Origin: a virus
DNA: 64,000 nucleotides
Reading direction: 5' to 3' (one strand)
Virus record (IMG/VR): IMGVR_UViG_3300021364_000009
Coordinates: 1 to 64,000 of that record
The notes under the pieces are model-generated. The model was not told the DNA's origin. It saw nothing but the letters and a program-made list of their open reading frames with translations, and did not search any database. Both the position numbers and the translations under genes were made by a program. Positions 46,191-55,900 of the stretch are shown piece by piece (the first letter of the stretch is position 1; each line of letters starts with the position of its first letter).

Positions 46191-47772
46191 TACGAGCGTC
46201 CTCCAATAGTCCGTCAAATAGTTCAGCAACTTCGCTTGTACCGACTTCTACTATATCGGAATCTTCGTCGTTTTTGAGTCTCTTGCCTAAAACACTCTCA
46301 ATTAAGTTCATCTTATTTCTCAGAGTTTTCATTACTCTATCGTCAATCGTTTTAGGGGCTACCATATGGTAGGCAAACACCTTGTCGTGAATACTACCGA
46401 TGCGGATCATCCTACCTACAATTTGAAGATAATCTCCCGCTGACCAAGGCGTGTCATAGAAGATAACCGCTTTAGCTAGTTGAAGATTGACGCCTTCAGC
46501 CGCCGCCATTGTAATAAGACAGACTTTAACTTCAGACTTTTCGTCTTGGAAAGATTTCTGAGAGGCAAGTCTTTCTTCACCGCTCTCGGCTCCTGTGATA
46601 CGGCAAGTCTTGATCCCCTTGCCTTCTATTTCTGCTTCTAAAATATCGACCATCGCTCTAAAGCGAGAGAAAATAATTACTTTCTCACCCTCCAAGTCTG
46701 TAGAAATAGTCTCAATCAGAGCTTCGAGTTTCCCACTGTCTCCATCAAAGTCGAGTAAAGCAGGGTGATTTACGATTTGTTGGCAGATCGTCACCGCTGT
46801 CAGCTTTGTCACTTCACGCTCAACTAACTCGCCAGTTTCGGGGTCTATACACTCTAAGAATCCTTCCAAGGCTTCTTTGTATTTAGTCTTTTGAGGCTTG
46901 GTTAAGTCACACTTGATTACTTTGGTGGTCAAAGGGGGTAGTTCTTTCGCTACTTCATGTTTAGGTCGCCCTAAGAAATAGGGGTCTATTATCTTTCTAA
47001 ACTCCTCTATGTCTGATTTCCTATGTCCCACCACTACGGGGATTCTACGCCTACCTCCCGGAAGGATTTGATCTCTTGTAATACAGAAATGTCGCATAAA
47101 TGCGTTCTTTGTAGTGAACAGGCCGGGGACTGTGACTTTATATATTGCCCACGCTTCCATGAGCCTGTTCTTAATGATCGTGGCGGAAAGACTCCAAACT
47201 CGCTCTGCTGAACCTGCGAGATGCTTACAGACCTGATGGACTTGAGACTTATCATTCTTAAAGGCAGTAGCCTCGTCAAAGACCATTACATGACCTGTAA
47301 TATTTCTGAGGGTATCAAAGTCCATACACGCAGTCCTGTACCCCATGACAATCGCTTTAGGTCCTGCGTTGTAACTTTGAAATTCTGCGTGTATTTTTTC
47401 TCTCTTCTTTTTTGTCCCTAAACACTTGAATATCTTCACTCCATTAGTGAAGCGATCAAACTCTGCTTCCCACTGACCTACCGCAGACTTAGTAGTAAGA
47501 ATGATCGCAGGAACATCGGGACGCTTATCCCAAAGATAAGAGAGAGTTGCTATTACTTGGAGCGTTTTTCCAAGTCCCGTGTCGTCACCTAGAACAAAAC
47601 GAGGCATCGCTAATAAATGGAGAACCCCCTGAACTTGATATTGTCTCAGAGTTAGCGGAACACCTTGTTTTATTTCTGACTTGAGTATCTTACTTGGAGG
47701 AGCTTTAAGGTCGCTTTTAGTCCTTACTTTCCTCAGTTTTTCAATCGTTTTGATCAGTTTTTCTTCATTCAT
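46177..47772 (-). CDS. SNF2-family helicase/ATPase
   Basis: GDDTGLGKT, FDEA, SAT, SGKL, EGVNLQ, QIVGRMIRIG. Confidence 0.92.
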   Translation of the reverse strand: MNEEKLIKTIEKLRKVRTKSDLKAPPSKILKSEIKQGVPLTLRQYQVQGVLHLLAMPRFVLGDDTGLGKTLQVIATLSYLWDKRPDVPAIILTTKSAVGQWEAEFDRFTNGVKIFKCLGTKKKREKIHAEFQSYNAGPKAIVMGYRTACMDFDTLRNITGHVMVFDEATAFKNDKSQVHQVCKHLAGSAERVWSLSATIIKNRLMEAWAIYKVTVPGLFTTKNAFMRHFCITRDQILPGGRRRIPVVVGHRKSDIEEFRKIIDPYFLGRPKHEVAKELPPLTTKVIKCDLTKPQKTKYKEALEGFLECIDPETGELVEREVTKLTAVTICQQIVNHPALLDFDGDSGKLEALIETISTDLEGEKVIIFSRFRAMVDILEAEIEGKGIKTCRITGAESGEERLASQKSFQDEKSEVKVCLITMAAAEGVNLQLAKAVIFYDTPWSAGDYLQIVGRMIRIGSIHDKVFAYHMVAPKTIDDRVMKTLRNKMNLIESVLGKRLKNDEDSDIVEVGTSEVAELFDGLLEDARNVYV

Positions 47773-47808
47773 ATGTCCTCCATTTCAGCATAGAGGACAT
47801 ATATAATA

Positions 47809-48282
47809 TTAAGGGAGGTTTTTGATGAAGATTTTGATCAGTTTCCTATAGGGTATACCGTTGGTGAGCTTTAGGTACTTGTGCTTTAAGAGATCGAAAG
47901 CCACGTTATCTAGTTCATTCTTGTCTTTTGTCTGCATATATAACTTTGCAGAAATAACGGGACTCCAATGAAGATAGACCCAGAGGGCCGCTCTTTTGTG
48001 GAGCCTGTTTATTTCTAGCTTTTGCTCTGTAGTTAATGTGCTCTCTAAGTCTCTTGAGTAAGATTTATCTTTGCTTTGATTGTGGTAGATAGTCCCAAGA
48101 TGAAAAAACTCACTGCTAATTCTTAGGAGCCTTGAGGAGATGCCATAGCCATTCTTCCACCTTCGGATAGCGATTATCCTGACTAAAGGGTCTTTAGTGT
48201 CCGAAAGAGTGTTGAGTATTTCTAAGATAGCTAAATTACAAGAATGCTCTAGCAGTTTCACAATTTTTCTTGTGTTGCTCAT
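47809..48282 (-). CDS. Hypothetical protein
   Basis: 157-aa ORF with AAGGA RBS. Confidence 0.55.
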   Translation of the reverse strand: MSNTRKIVKLLEHSCNLAILEILNTLSDTKDPLVRIIAIRRWKNGYGISSRLLRISSEFFHLGTIYHNQSKDKSYSRDLESTLTTEQKLEINRLHKRAALWVYLHWSPVISAKLYMQTKDKNELDNVAFDLLKHKYLKLTNGIPYRKLIKIFIKNLP

Positions 48283-48359
48283 AGTTTATTTATCCTTTTT
48301 CTATTCTTAGTCCGTTACCTGCTACCTAGTACAACTATAAACTTACTATTGGAGTCCTT

Positions 48360-48734
48360 ATGTTTAGAGACGTAAAACCTATCTTTGTAGAGAATTCAAA
48401 AGTCCCTGTCTTTCTCAGTCGGTTTGCACCGATAGAAATAAATGCGATCACTCTTTTCTTTCTCGTTTTCTCAAAGGGAGAAATATCTGAAGAAACAAGA
48501 AGACATGAGACGATCCATTTTCAGCAGTACTTAGAGACTTTTGTGGTGGGCTTCTTGTTGATTTATATTTTTGAATATCTTTACTCTGCACTTATCAAGA
48601 AGAAAGGTTTTAGTCGAGACTCATACCTAGCCATAAGATTTGAGCAAGAAGCGTGGACTCAAGATAAAGATGTAGACTACTTAAAAACACGGAAGCGTTT
48701 TTCTTGGTTGAATTACCCTCTCGGTGGAGAATAA
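48360..48734 (+). CDS. Small HExxH metallopeptidase-like protein
   Basis: RRHETIHFQQY and IRFEQEA; preceded by ATAGTTTATTTAT. Confidence 0.65.
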   Translation: MFRDVKPIFVENSKVPVFLSRFAPIEINAITLFFLVFSKGEISEETRRHETIHFQQYLETFVVGFLLIYIFEYLYSALIKKKGFSRDSYLAIRFEQEAWTQDKDVDYLKTRKRFSWLNYPLGGE

Positions 48735-48737
48735 TCT

Positions 48738-48860
48738 TTGAGTAGATATTATATCTTCCTGAAAGCTTCTGAGTCTTCAGACTTTACCTCCTTTTACTTG
48801 TTGGGCGTTTTGGTCTTAGTCATGGTGGCTCTAATTCTTTTAAATTTAAGAACAAAGTAA
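48738..48860 (+). CDS. 40-aa single-TM peptide (not in ORF track)
   Basis: GGAG RBS, TTG start, FYLLGVLVLVMVALILL hydrophobic helix. Confidence 0.4.
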   Translation: MSRYYIFLKASESSDFTSFYLLGVLVLVMVALILLNLRTK

Positions 48861-48880
48861 GTATTCTTCTTACCCCTTTA

Positions 48881-49231
48881 CTAAGCTAAGAAATATTTTA
48901 GAGAGCGGTAGTCCTTTGGGTGTATTTCTAAGTCAAAAACTTCAGAAATACTAACCCAAGCCCAATCTATACTCTCTTCATTTATTTCAGGCGTAAACGG
49001 CTCTTCTAAAATCCCATAGAAGAGTGTGTATGTTTTAGTGTTGTGGTGGTCTACTATTTTCAGAGTTTCGGGCACGTTGACTATTTCTTCGTTCATCTCT
49101 CTTATGGCAGTTTGGAATCTGCTCTCTCCCTTTTCTGTAGAACCTCCAGCACAGTTCCACATATGGTCTTTAGATCGCTTTAGAAGAAGAACTCTATTTT
49201 TACATGTGATCATGACACCAGCACCCATCAT
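48881..49231 (-). CDS. NUDIX hydrolase
   Basis: GGSTEKGESRFQTAIREMNEEI Nudix box. Confidence 0.9.
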   Translation of the reverse strand: MMGAGVMITCKNRVLLLKRSKDHMWNCAGGSTEKGESRFQTAIREMNEEIVNVPETLKIVDHHNTKTYTLFYGILEEPFTPEINEESIDWAWVSISEVFDLEIHPKDYRSLKYFLA

Positions 49232-49332
49232 CTTATACTCCTTTTATAGTTTATTGGGATAGAAACCCACACAGATCAAAGGCATAAAAAATGTACGACA
49301 AAAAAGCAGATAACTTTTCGGGGAGAAATAAA

Positions 49333-50181
49333 ATGTTAGAGAATACATCTACTGAACTACTTAGAGATTTAGAAATAAGGGTCGCATCTTTAGAGAGAGA
49401 AGCCTTGTTTGGGTTCAACCTTAAAGATATGGGAGTTGGTATTGTCAAAGAAAAAATTACTGAGTTCCTAAGTAAGATTCCTTACTTCAGAGAAATCGAG
49501 AGATTCTTTAAGCAGATTTTCAAAGGCATCCGTGATTTTGGAGACGCTAAGAAGAGAGCTAAAGAGGTTTTAGATTTTGGCAAAAGAAATAAAGAAGCTA
49601 AGAAATATCTCGACTTGGTATATAAAGAAGAGTCTTCTCTAAAAGGTCGGCTAAAACTTATTCTTTCTCATATAAAAGACTCGGAAGCACGTTCTAGTTT
49701 TATGCGTTCTGCAGCAGATACACTAGGACAAATGTTTGGCTATATGCTCTTAGCTTGGGCAATCCTAGAGATTCTTAGCAGTATTTGCGTCAAGTTGGGG
49801 ATTGTGAATTATGTTCTAGGTTTCTTAGGTGCAGGTGCGATTATTTTTGTAGTCGCATTTATACTTCTTTTCATGGTCGATTGGAGAGGGGCTGAAAAAG
49901 AGATTTCAGAAATTGACGCTGAAAGAAAAAAGAGAGAAATCCCAGAGGGCTATGAAGACCTTTTTGATGAATACGGTGATCTACTCCCCGGAATGACCTC
50001 CGAACTCCACAGAAGACAAGACGAAGATAGAATCAAAAGAGAGAGAAATAACCCTTTCTTTAGATCGGCAACGAGTCAAACAGCTAATCTTAAAAAGAGG
50101 GCTAGTTTTATACTCGATTATTGTCTTTCCGAGGAGCAAAAGAGAGCGAACCGTGTAGCCTCAAGATACCTTCTATCTTAA
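49333..50181 (+). CDS. Membrane-spanning putative internal virion protein with N- and C-terminal tags
   Basis: [15 protein letters not shown] at the N-terminus, two hydrophobic helices, C-terminal RVASRYLLS. Confidence 0.65.
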   Translation: MLENTSTELLRDLEIRVASLEREALFGFNLKDMGVGIVKEKITEFLSKIPYFREIERFFKQIFKGIRDFGDAKKRAKEVLDFGKRNKEAKKYLDLVYKEESSLKGRLKLILSHIKDSEARSSFMRSAADTLGQMFGYMLLAWAILEILSSICVKLGIVNYVLGFLGAGAIIFVVAFILLFMVDWRGAEKEISEIDAERKKREIPEGYEDLFDEYGDLLPGMTSELHRRQDEDRIKRERNNPFFRSATSQTANLKKRASFILDYCLSEEQKRANRVASRYLLS

Positions 50182-50227
50182 TTTTAACGCATCTATCGGT
50201 CTTTAATCTACTAGGAGAGATATTATT

Positions 50228-51460
50228 ATGGCTACTATTTCTAAACTAATACTCACGCACACAGGTCTTGGTCCACTTGACCCAAGAACTCAGACTAACC
50301 TTCAAGCAACAGATGGCTTTTCGGTCTATTTCACAGACGTTGTGGGCGATCTTGATAACTCTCAGAACACTCGCTCTCAAGCACAACCCACACAGCTTAC
50401 TTATAGAGTAGGTGGGGATAATACAGTCACTCTTGAGATGACTGATCTTGTAGAGAAATCTTACAACACAGGAGCTATTTCTAAGCTCATCGCAAGTGGA
50501 CACCTAACGGCTACTCTTGAGGGTGCTGTAAACTCGGTTGATGGTGAGTCTTTATTTGCCGTTGACCCTAGTGGTCGAGGACTAGATGACGCTGACCCTA
50601 ACGATCAAGGAATAAGAATTAAGGGTAAAGAGGGTAATGGCTATGTTGATCTGTTCTATGACAACGGAAATAACGCATTAAGAGTTATCAGCCACCCTCC
50701 GACCAATCTTGTAAATGACGCTGATGACGCTGATATGTACTTTATGACATCAGCAGGGTATGAAGTTGGAAATGACAGAACAGGAGGTGGTGAGTTCATT
50801 GTCAATACTGGTAAGGGATTTGACTCCAATGTCGTAGATGAAGATGGGCTTAGTGGTGGAAACATTACTTTCTACACAGGTGATGGTGGTTTGTTTGGTG
50901 GAGGTGGGGGTGACTTCACAGTAGAGTTGGGTAGGGGGCACAAATCTAGTGGGGGTCGAATAGAGCTTAGGGCAGGGGACTCGGCTCTCGACTCAGATGG
51001 AGGCAACATCTTCTTAAATGCAGGTCGAGGTGATGGTAATGGCAACAGAGGTGGGGACATAGAGCTTGTCGTTGGGACAGGTGCTAATGGTGCAACAGCA
51101 GGTGATCTTATCATTGATCACTTAGGGAATGGTGTTCTTCACATGGACGGTGGTGTTGTTAAGAGTACAGGCTCTGACTTTGCCCCTAACTTCTATCAAG
51201 GCAAAGAAATCTTTAATGCCCCTGGAGGACAGACTACAAGTATCACAGTAACAGTTCCCGTTGCAGGTCTTGTTAATGGTGGTAGCTCAATCGTTGTAAG
51301 TCTTATGTTCGTAGGTGGTGTTGGTGGTCAGTTTACTGTTGCACAGACACCTTGGGTTTCAGAGATTGACGGTGCAAACAATCAATTCACAGTCTCACTC
51401 GACATCACAAATAATGGAAATGCTACCGACATTGCTATTGCATACAGTATCAAGGGATAA
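50228..51460 (+). CDS. Gly-rich beta-repeat virion fibre/decoration protein
   Basis: Repeated GG[DN][IF]x[LV]xxGxG units; AGGAG RBS. Confidence 0.6.
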   Translation: MATISKLILTHTGLGPLDPRTQTNLQATDGFSVYFTDVVGDLDNSQNTRSQAQPTQLTYRVGGDNTVTLEMTDLVEKSYNTGAISKLIASGHLTATLEGAVNSVDGESLFAVDPSGRGLDDADPNDQGIRIKGKEGNGYVDLFYDNGNNALRVISHPPTNLVNDADDADMYFMTSAGYEVGNDRTGGGEFIVNTGKGFDSNVVDEDGLSGGNITFYTGDGGLFGGGGGDFTVELGRGHKSSGGRIELRAGDSALDSDGGNIFLNAGRGDGNGNRGGDIELVVGTGANGATAGDLIIDHLGNGVLHMDGGVVKSTGSDFAPNFYQGKEIFNAPGGQTTSITVTVPVAGLVNGGSSIVVSLMFVGGVGGQFTVAQTPWVSEIDGANNQFTVSLDITNNGNATDIAIAYSIKG

Positions 51461-51466
51461 TGAAAC

Positions 51467-51838
51467 ATGAGTCTTAATTTATACCATTACAAAGCAGAGG
51501 TCATTTCTGTATATGACGGAGACACCATTACAGTTATGATCGACCAAGGCATGAAGCACTTTGCTCGTGTCAAGGTTCGCATGATTGGTATCAACACACC
51601 AGAGCTACGAACCAAAGACTTAGAAGAAAAAGCTAGGGGTTATGAAGCTAAGAATTACCTCAAATCTCGTATCGAGGGTAAGACCGTTGTCATCAACACA
51701 GTTAAGAAGGGCAAGTTTGGTCGCTGGTTAGGTGTCATCTGGCTCTATGAGGAGGGCATGGAAGAACTAGGTGAGTCTCTCAATGATGAGATGATCCGAA
51801 TGGGTCATGCAGTAGCTTACGATGGTGGTAAGAGATAA
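51467..51838 (+). CDS. Thermonuclease (SNase-like)
   Basis: VYDGDTI, VRMIGINTPE, GKFGRWLG, LNDEMIRMGHA. Confidence 0.9.
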   Translation: MSLNLYHYKAEVISVYDGDTITVMIDQGMKHFARVKVRMIGINTPELRTKDLEEKARGYEAKNYLKSRIEGKTVVINTVKKGKFGRWLGVIWLYEEGMEELGESLNDEMIRMGHAVAYDGGKR

Positions 51839-51843
51839 ACCTC

Positions 51844-52704
51844 TTACATAGAGAGGTTTTCTCTCAAAGCCTTTTTCATCTGTGCCTTGTGCTTACGGAG
51901 GTCTTTGAGAGGGATACCGAACAAATCTGCCCACTCGGAGTCTGAGTGTTTCTTAATGTTACACACCTTGTCTTGAATGAAGGCGTCTAACAGCTCTGAC
52001 CAAATGGCGTATTTCTCGTCATCCCCCAAACAGGACTTCTTTACAATGTCCTCCATAGACTCAATGAGAGTCTTTAAATTTAACTCTTCTTCTGCTGTGG
52101 TCTGACAAGGATCATACAGCTCCTTCTCGAACACTCCTTCTTCTACTTCAACAGAAGCATAAGAATGTGGTGTGGGGGTTTGGTAGCTGTCTTCTCCTTT
52201 TTTAATGTCTCGTAGGGTCTTATTTCTCTTGTCAGTCCTACAGTCTGCGAGCTTTCCTAGTTTCTGACGCTGTTGAGTCATCCATTGGCTGAACATGGTG
52301 TGCTTGACGTAGTTGAACCTTCGCTCTTCACAGTACCCTCCTAGCTTATTCTTATAGGCGAGTTCTGTTAGGAAGCTGTGAGCGAGATCGAGAGCTTCTT
52401 CTTTGATCTGATATTTTGGCTTGTAGTCTAAACCGCTCACATATTTTTTACGGATGGCTTGACGTTGGAGTTTCTTTGCCCATGCGTAAAAAATGCGACA
52501 GTCGTCTTTGAACAAGAAGAGTCGTGTTTCATCCGATGATGGGGGGTGCTGTTCCTCTAATTCTTTGAAGAGCAGATCAAAGTCTTCTTCAGAAATAGAA
52601 TCTGGATAGATACAATCCAAGTTGTCGAGTAGTTGGTCTAGTCCTTCAGTGCTTGAGGTGGGTTGAGATGGTGTGAGTATGTCACAAATCACATTGTCTT
52701 TCAT
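51844..52704 (-). CDS. Divergent sigma-factor-like (ECF-type) protein
   Basis: EALDLAHSFL (region 2-like) and SDSEWADLFGIPLKDLRKHKAQMKKALRE (region 4 HTH-like); AGGAG RBS before ATG 52704. Confidence 0.45.
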   Translation of the reverse strand: MKDNVICDILTPSQPTSSTEGLDQLLDNLDCIYPDSISEEDFDLLFKELEEQHPPSSDETRLFLFKDDCRIFYAWAKKLQRQAIRKKYVSGLDYKPKYQIKEEALDLAHSFLTELAYKNKLGGYCEERRFNYVKHTMFSQWMTQQRQKLGKLADCRTDKRNKTLRDIKKGEDSYQTPTPHSYASVEVEEGVFEKELYDPCQTTAEEELNLKTLIESMEDIVKKSCLGDDEKYAIWSELLDAFIQDKVCNIKKHSDSEWADLFGIPLKDLRKHKAQMKKALRENLSM

Positions 52705-52902
52705 GAAGACTCCTGTTGTTGTTACGCCCGAAATCGGGGTTTGAAGTTGAGAAGCTCTGTGTGACAGTATCGGTCTTCGAGAGCTGTGGTTACTTTTCTC
52801 ACAAACACCCACCCTGTGCAAGTACTTTTTTTATTTTTTTATCTTTTATGCTGTGGGTATTCTAGTGAGGCAGACACTAACGAACATATTGGAGAAAAAA
52901 AC

Positions 52903-55900
52903 ATGAACACTGAGGCTATTTTACAACTTTGCGTGGATAGAGCTACGAATCTCTATCTCTTGCACATCATGGGCATCCGTCTTGAGGCTATTCAAGGAGC
53001 AAATAGACAGAGAATTGTGGAAACAGAAAGCTCTAAGCTCTTTGCCAAGCTTTGTGCAAGCATACACCACCAAGGTGAAGAAGGTTTTGTGTTAATGGAC
53101 GATCTTTTCAGATTGTGTGTTTGTCCTACTTTCAACACTTATGAAGATGTCAAAGAATACAACGCACTAGCGTCTGACAAAGAAAAGAAAGAGCTTATTT
53201 CTTCACGAAATATTTTAGTGCGTAGAAATAAGCAGGTTAAGTTCCTAGAGCAGTTGCACCGTACTGTTCGAGGTTACTTTAATTCTTACTTCAATAAGGC
53301 GATTGGGACTTTAATAAAGCAAGACATCACTCAAATCCAAGGTGTCCCCTCAGACGAGTATTTCGTAGGTAAGATTTTAGAGTTGGTTTCTGTCGGCAAG
53401 AGAGATGAGATTTTAGAGATTAGTTATGCACAAGAGTTTCTCCGAGAGCTTCCTGAGCTTCAGGGTGCATTAAAAGCAGACCTTCTTAAGAAATTACGTT
53501 TTAAAGGTAGGTCTACGCTCTACGCAAAAACATATGTCTTCTACAACAATAGAAGAATGAGAGGGACTCAATTCCAAGGCATCAAAGGTCTTAGAATGAG
53601 AATCCTCAAAGATGCCAAATACTTTAATAATCAGATTAAGATGTATGCACAGGCAGAGCTTTCTAAGTATGTAGATCGTAGCTTCATCGGTGAGAACATG
53701 GAGCGAGAGATCACGGATGCTAACGAAGACCAACAGCTTTATAAGAGCGTGTTGAAGAAAACAGACGGCATTTTTGACTTGATTGAAGGCAGAGAAGAGT
53801 CTGTAGAGAGATACAAAGAGGTCAAGAGAAATAAAGCTGATCTTGCGAGGACAGACATCACTAGAGAGACTACGCTTGAAGAGCGTAAAGAAATACTAGA
53901 CGCTCGCTCAGACTTTATAGAAGCCGTTGTTTCTGCGGTAAAGCATAAAGACGTTGCGAAAACTGACTTGCAGTTTATTTCAAGACAGCTTTTGAGAGAT
54001 ACTGCTTCTTCTTTGGGTGGGATCACAGATAATGATCGAAGAGCATTTCAAGAGTATGTAGGTTTCCTCCAAGACAAAGACACCATGATGGACGTTGTTG
54101 GAGACGCAGATGAACTAGAAGAACTACAGGGCATCTTGGAGAACATCTTAGTTCAAAATCCAGACTCTACTCAGATTATTTCTGACTTCATCGGTGCTAT
54201 TTCTAAAGTCAATAAAGCTACAAAGAAAGCGATGGCTGAGGTTGGGGAGCATCTTGAGATCATTAATAAGGTGATCGAGCAATCTTCGGATCAGTTTAGT
54301 CCTTCAGAGTTTGATAGCGTTAGAGAACTCTTGTATCAGAGAAGACTGAACAAAGGTGATCTTTCTACTCCAGAAATACTCGATTTGTCTGATTCTGATC
54401 GTAGGGCTTATCTTTCAGGTTTAGCGACAGGCTATGCCAACGATTTCGTTAAGAATGAGGAAGATGTAGAGCGGTTTGTTATGGGTCGTCTCGGTAACGT
54501 AGAGAAGTTAGACGAGTGGAGGAGGCTCTATAAGTCTTCAGACCCTTCGGAGAAAGCGAAAGCAGAAGAAATGCTTTCAGATTTTAGGGGGAGACTAGAG
54601 GCTGATCTTCGACCTCAAAGAAGAAGAGGGAGACAGAACAAGTCACGCCAAGATGTTCGTCTCAGTGCCTCACAGACTCTTCTTGCACCTACAAACTCTT
54701 GGGTTTCTTCAAGAGAGAAGGACAAGAGCAGTAAATTCCCATACGCTGAAGCGACTGTTCCTCCACTCGATGTACTCAAAGATGCAATTTCAGAGGTTCG
54801 TACTGATTTGTCATCAAGAGAAGTTACAAAGTTAGCGAAGGAAGCCCTCAGTGAGAACGAGAGCGTGTTTTTGATTGGTGGTCTTATTTCTGACTCTGAC
54901 GGTAAGAAAAAGATTAAGACCGCTCTCGACAGCATGAAGATCATAGATCGTGACTCTTGGTTTAAAAAGAGAGACGCACTCTTAAAGAAGATCAAGATGG
55001 ACGCAGTGAAAGAAATGGCGTTGTTGCGTTCTATAGAGGAGTTGTTGAATACAGACGCTGAGAATATCTTAACTACAGAAGGCGTGGCAACAGAGCAAGA
55101 CTTCTCAGACATGAGAGTCCTTACTGTTGAGAGAAATATTGATGCTTACACAGGAAGCGTACCTAAGAGTGAGCTAGTGAAAGCAAAAGAAGAAGCGTTC
55201 CGCCAACGTGCGGTTGCGTATTCAGCTTCGGACTTTGACCGTGATCTTTTTGAGTACGACAATGATCCTAAGAACAACTACGAGTCTGCCAAGAAAGCTT
55301 GGAAAGACGAAGTTGAAGATAAGCTCAAAGACGCACTTAAAATCTTGAAGGCGATGGGCGTTCAAGTTGACGGTGACGAGCTTGAGTTGATGGTAGACAA
55401 CAAAGAAGTTCCACCTCAATCTGAAACTAGCTTAGACGATCAGAAATATGCGGTAGCTCAAAGAAAGCTGTCTGCAATTTATGTCGCTTTGCAGAACTTA
55501 GATATAGACAGCGGAACTGACCGACTCGTACAAGAGTACAAGAGTGCCGCTAGTGCTAGAAGGACATTTGTAGATGGTCTTAAAGCTAAGTACAAAGAGA
55601 GCAGTGCGGCAGAAGAAATAGAGCAAGAGCTTTCAGATAAAGAGATGGAGACTCGAAATGAGCTTTCTCAGGGAATACAGCAAGCTCTTGAGAATCTACT
55701 AGAGAGCCGAGACAAGAACGAGTTTACGGGTGCTCGAAAGCGTAAGATGCAAAGAGCACAGGCAATTCGTAGTAAAATATATGAAGACCTCAACGCAAAA
55801 GTCACCGAAGCGGAGCGTAACCTTGGCTTTAAGAATGTCAACGATGTTCTCAGAAGTGCTAAGGTTATGGACATGTCTCTAGCTTCTTTGAACAGTTTGC

